From the human T2T-CHM13v2.0 reference genome, Homo sapiens, in assembly GCF_009914755.1 (NCBI RefSeq), contig NC_060929.1: a stretch of DNA of 64,000 nt. One strand, written 5' to 3'. Positions within the stretch are counted from its first letter, which is position 1. The number at the start of each line of letters is the position of its first letter. The position numbers were made by a program, and so were the translations under genes. Positions 58,183 through 64,000 of the stretch are shown in pieces. Below the pieces are notes generated by a model. The model had not been told where the DNA came from and made no database searches. It saw nothing but the letters and a program-made list of their open reading frames with translations.

Positions 58183-59789
58183 GATTAGATATATGTATGT
58201 TCTTCATGTATGTGTCTGTCTTCTAAGAAAGGATGAATAAATAAACTCTTCCTGTATCCATGCTAATTGAGGATGTGTAAAGGGTAGCATTTTGTTTATT
58301 CACTCTCTCTGAAACTTAGGAATTGATATATACATATTCATAATGTTATATATTAAAAATTAATCTGAAGGTTCATATTTCTCTCTTTGAAACTCACTCT
58401 GGAATTCAACATTGCATTTTTCCAAGTTCCACAAAATTGTGACTTAGTGAAAATAACAGTGAGAAAAGAATCTAAAAATACAGAATGATATATGTCTTCA
58501 AAATTTTTAATCTTTGTAGTAATATGGCCATTTTTTATAAGAATAATGTCAGCAGTATTCATAAAGTTATAAAACATAACATTTTTCAAATTAAATAACT
58601 TACTTCATAGTGTCATTTATAATTTTTATACTAATACATCATATGGATTATTGCATTTCACTATTTTTGTACTATAACAAGTTAATTTATTTAATAAATA
58701 TAGTAATGTTATAGACAAAGCTTTTTATATAATTAGCTCCAGTGAGATATATTTGTCTTCTCTAAGGATACTTATTTGAATTATATTTTATAAAGCTTGA
58801 ATTAGATTTTTTACCTTGATTTATAGTTAACTATGGTTGCTGCATTTATATACCATATAAAATAATAACTCATAATTACCATTGAACATATATTTATATA
58901 CATACTTCTCTGTGTTTTGTTACCACTTGAATACGGATGGTAATAGATAGATTTTGTATAGTTCACTATTCTTTTTTCATTTATCTAACTTCTATTCAGC
59001 ATCCTTAATAACTATATCTATAATTTTAAAATAACAAAAACCAGTATAAAATTATTTTCATTAATAGTTCTAGAAAGATCTTCAAAATTACAGTAAATTA
59101 CATTAAATATTAATTTCTAAAACATTTTAAGATTTGAAGTATTACATACTGTCTTTGTGATTCCATGACCATCTACCAGCTTGATGATTGCTGCAAGTAC
59201 TAACATGACTTAACACAAGGTGATGCTCACAGATAAAATCAAAGTTTACAATATAGGATCTGTAGGAAATCTATTTACATAGACAAAAGACAGAGCAGCT
59301 GATGCAGATTTCTTGTCCCAAGTCTGTGATAATTGCAAGAAAGTATCTTCCCCTCTAGCTTCCAACTGCAGGGACAAGTGTGAGAGGATTCTGCCTAGAA
59401 AAAGCCCTCTTGAGTTTTGGAATCCAAAGTTTGTAAAATGCACTCAGAAGTATTTAAATATCACATAAATGACATGCATTTTTATATCATTTACATTATA
59501 TTGGGAAGCAATTGAGAGCAGTGAGCATAAACGTGATTTTTACATTAATCAGCAAATGAATATAATTTTATGAAAATGTTAAATAACTCAAATAATAGTT
59601 TAAACACCTCCAAAACAAAGTGAATAATCTTGGGCTCTGATTTGAACTCTTGAGCTAGATATGAGTACTTATATATGTTTTGTTCCACTTATTTCCTTCT
59701 CTTTAGTGAACCAGTTCATTGAATACGTCTTATTTTATTTCATGACAGCTTTTAGTTTCTTTTAAAAACCCAGTATTCTTTTATGTCTA

Positions 59790-59995
59790 AGCCATTGCTG
59801 TCCAATAGATCTTCTTTAAAGAATGAAAATGTCTTTGCATTTCCCAGTACTCCTAGGGATACGTGAATATTGAACACTTGAAATGTGGTTGGCTTGATGC
59901 GAGAAAACTGAATTTTTAAATTATATTTATTTTTCTTATCAATTTTAATTCAAATAGCGTACTGCATCTTGTGGCGACCACATGGACATCACAGT
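59790..59995. mobile_element. MER3-like hAT element
   Basis: tgctgtccaatag...tattgaacacttgaaatgtgg...actgaatttttaaatt...ggacatcacag. Confidence 0.7.
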
Positions 59996-60032
59996 ATCAT
60001 CACAGTATCAATGTAGCAAGTATAGATATTTC

Positions 60033-60400
60033 TGTGAGAGCCGCTTTATTTAGGAATCTGTGAAAAAATGCTCTCTGTGCCCAGCCATATACCCTTGGCA
60101 TTATATTGCTCCAGTACTTTCAGAATGATCTTGGCTCACGCATAGGCCGGTTCAGGGAAGTTAATTTCCACAGGGAGCATCCCTCAATAATGACAAAAGT
60201 GGACTTATGAAAAAAAGACTCCATCATTCTCACTTCGTAGTGGGAAAATTCTGAGGCCAATTCTATACTTGGTCCCAAAGGTCTGCAGTGGGATTGCACT
60301 CCAGTTGCCCACTATGATAACTTACTTATTAACACTTCTGGACTTTCTTCCTTTTCTTAATTCAACTTTTCACTACTCTACCAGGTGTTCCTGGAATCAC
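60033..60400 (+). mobile_element. LTR16A/B-like, 3'-truncated
   Basis: gggaaaattctgagg...cagtgggattgcactccagttgcccac...ccaggtgttcctggaatcac. Confidence 0.65.
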
Positions 60401-60664
60401 TATAACTTTGAGTTACTTTTTAAAATCCACCATTTTTTTATGTCTAAGGCACTGCTGTCCAATAGAACTTCCTTCAATAACAGAAGTGTCTTTGCATTAT
60501 CCAGTACTCCTGGGCATAGATGGGTATTGAGCAAAATAAATATTTATTGAAATAGCCCATATAAATCCCTGTCTTTTGGCTAGCTTTCTGATTTACTACA
60601 GACTGACTTATCTGACTCTCCTTTGTGTTTCTTTGTACCCATAATATTTCTTCCTTATGCCTCA

Positions 60665-60805
60665 CTCATGGATTTGTGAGCAGTGTCAGTATTTTCTTTA
60701 CCATTGCGTACTCATAGCTTGGTATACTGCCCAAAAATTGTATCAATGAATAAATATTTGATGAATAATTGGATGAGTCAATGAATAAATGTATTCATGA
60801 ATGAT
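60665..60805 (+). mobile_element. L2 3' end
   Basis: aataaatatttgatgaat...(aatg)n-like tail. Confidence 0.5.
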
Positions 60806-61223
60806 CAATAAAAAATAAGGCATAAAGTCCTCTGCAGAAAACATGATGGTGTTTGTTCAATTTCCAGCTGCATCTAGGTTGATGGCAGCTTTGTCTAGCT
60901 CTTACTCTTGTCTATGAATTTTATTTTTATCTTCTTTTTATATCATTGGTCTTGATGTTTGTATTTTGTTTCCCAGTTTTTTTACTGTGTTCTCACTCGA
61001 GGGCTTATGTGCATATTTGCTTTGCCAAATTATCCTGCTCAGTTTTGCTAGGATGTTTTCCTCAAATTTTATCCTCAGAAACTACCCTCTGTGTGTTGCC
61101 TACTGAGTGATTCTTCATCGAAGACTTCCTATTCTTCTGGATATTGGGAACCTATAGGTGCCATGTATTCAGTTACTTTTCTTTACACCCCACCCATTTA
61201 TCAGTATAAAATTCTTAGCCAGT

Positions 61224-63564
<2,341 letters not shown>

Positions 63565-63684
63565 CCAGAAGTTAGGCTGGGAATAGTGCTTCATTCATTT
63601 TGAATTCAGGGCTTCAGGTAAAATAATAACATTTTTGTATTATTAATTAATTATGAAAAAAATCACGTACCCATGTATTCAAGT

Positions 63685-64000
63685 GTTGATAGAAACAGAT
63701 GACACATTCTAATTTGTATAGTAGGTGAAAAGCATATTTCCAAAGGAATTGCCTACTTAAAAAAATCTGTTAACTGCAGGAAACCTCAAGGGATAGTGCA
63801 GGAACTCAGACATAGCAACAGTGGCTATCAATATCTCTAGGCTCAAAGAGTCAAGGGCAGAAAAAAATCATTAGAATCTGAAAAGAGAGTCCTCTAGGGT
63901 CAGCTTCACTCAGAGGAGTAGAGACCTGCCATTAAAGAAATCTGATTTTCCTGATGCCACCTCAAAAGGAAAGAACCAAGGAAACATATACTCTTTCTCT
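63685..64000 (-). mobile_element. LTR33-like old ERVL LTR (runs off the window)
   Basis: gaaacagatgacacattc...gaaacctcaagggatagtgcag. Confidence 0.45.

Overview
AT-rich primate (human/great-ape-like) genomic DNA with no CpG island, typical of a gene desert or large intron. I found no credible host protein-coding gene, RNA gene or CRISPR array, and no undescribed multi-gene system. The ORFs I can assign are Alu, L1, MaLR, ERVL or Tigger read-throughs or low-complexity artefacts. Much of the window is interspersed repeat: about 15 Alus, L1s from L1PA2 to L1M, two THE1/MST proviruses plus solo LTRs, two ERVL internal remnants, and Tigger1, Tigger3b, MER3, MER5, MIR and L2 copies. The most notable structures are mechanistic scars: (1) a ~1.1-kb structured AT-rich minisatellite built from 18-bp palindromes inside a full-length Tigger1, next to inverted templated copies; (2) two neighbouring 5'-inverted (twin-primed) L1s; (3) a tail-less Alu fragment between 35-37-bp direct repeats; (4) a THE1A inserted into the loop of a fold-back hairpin; (5) a left-arm-only Alu with its own tail and TSD; (6) an AluS/AluY mosaic. 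Subfamily calls come from remembered consensus motifs read by eye and need RepeatMasker/Dfam confirmation. Boundaries of old elements are approximate.
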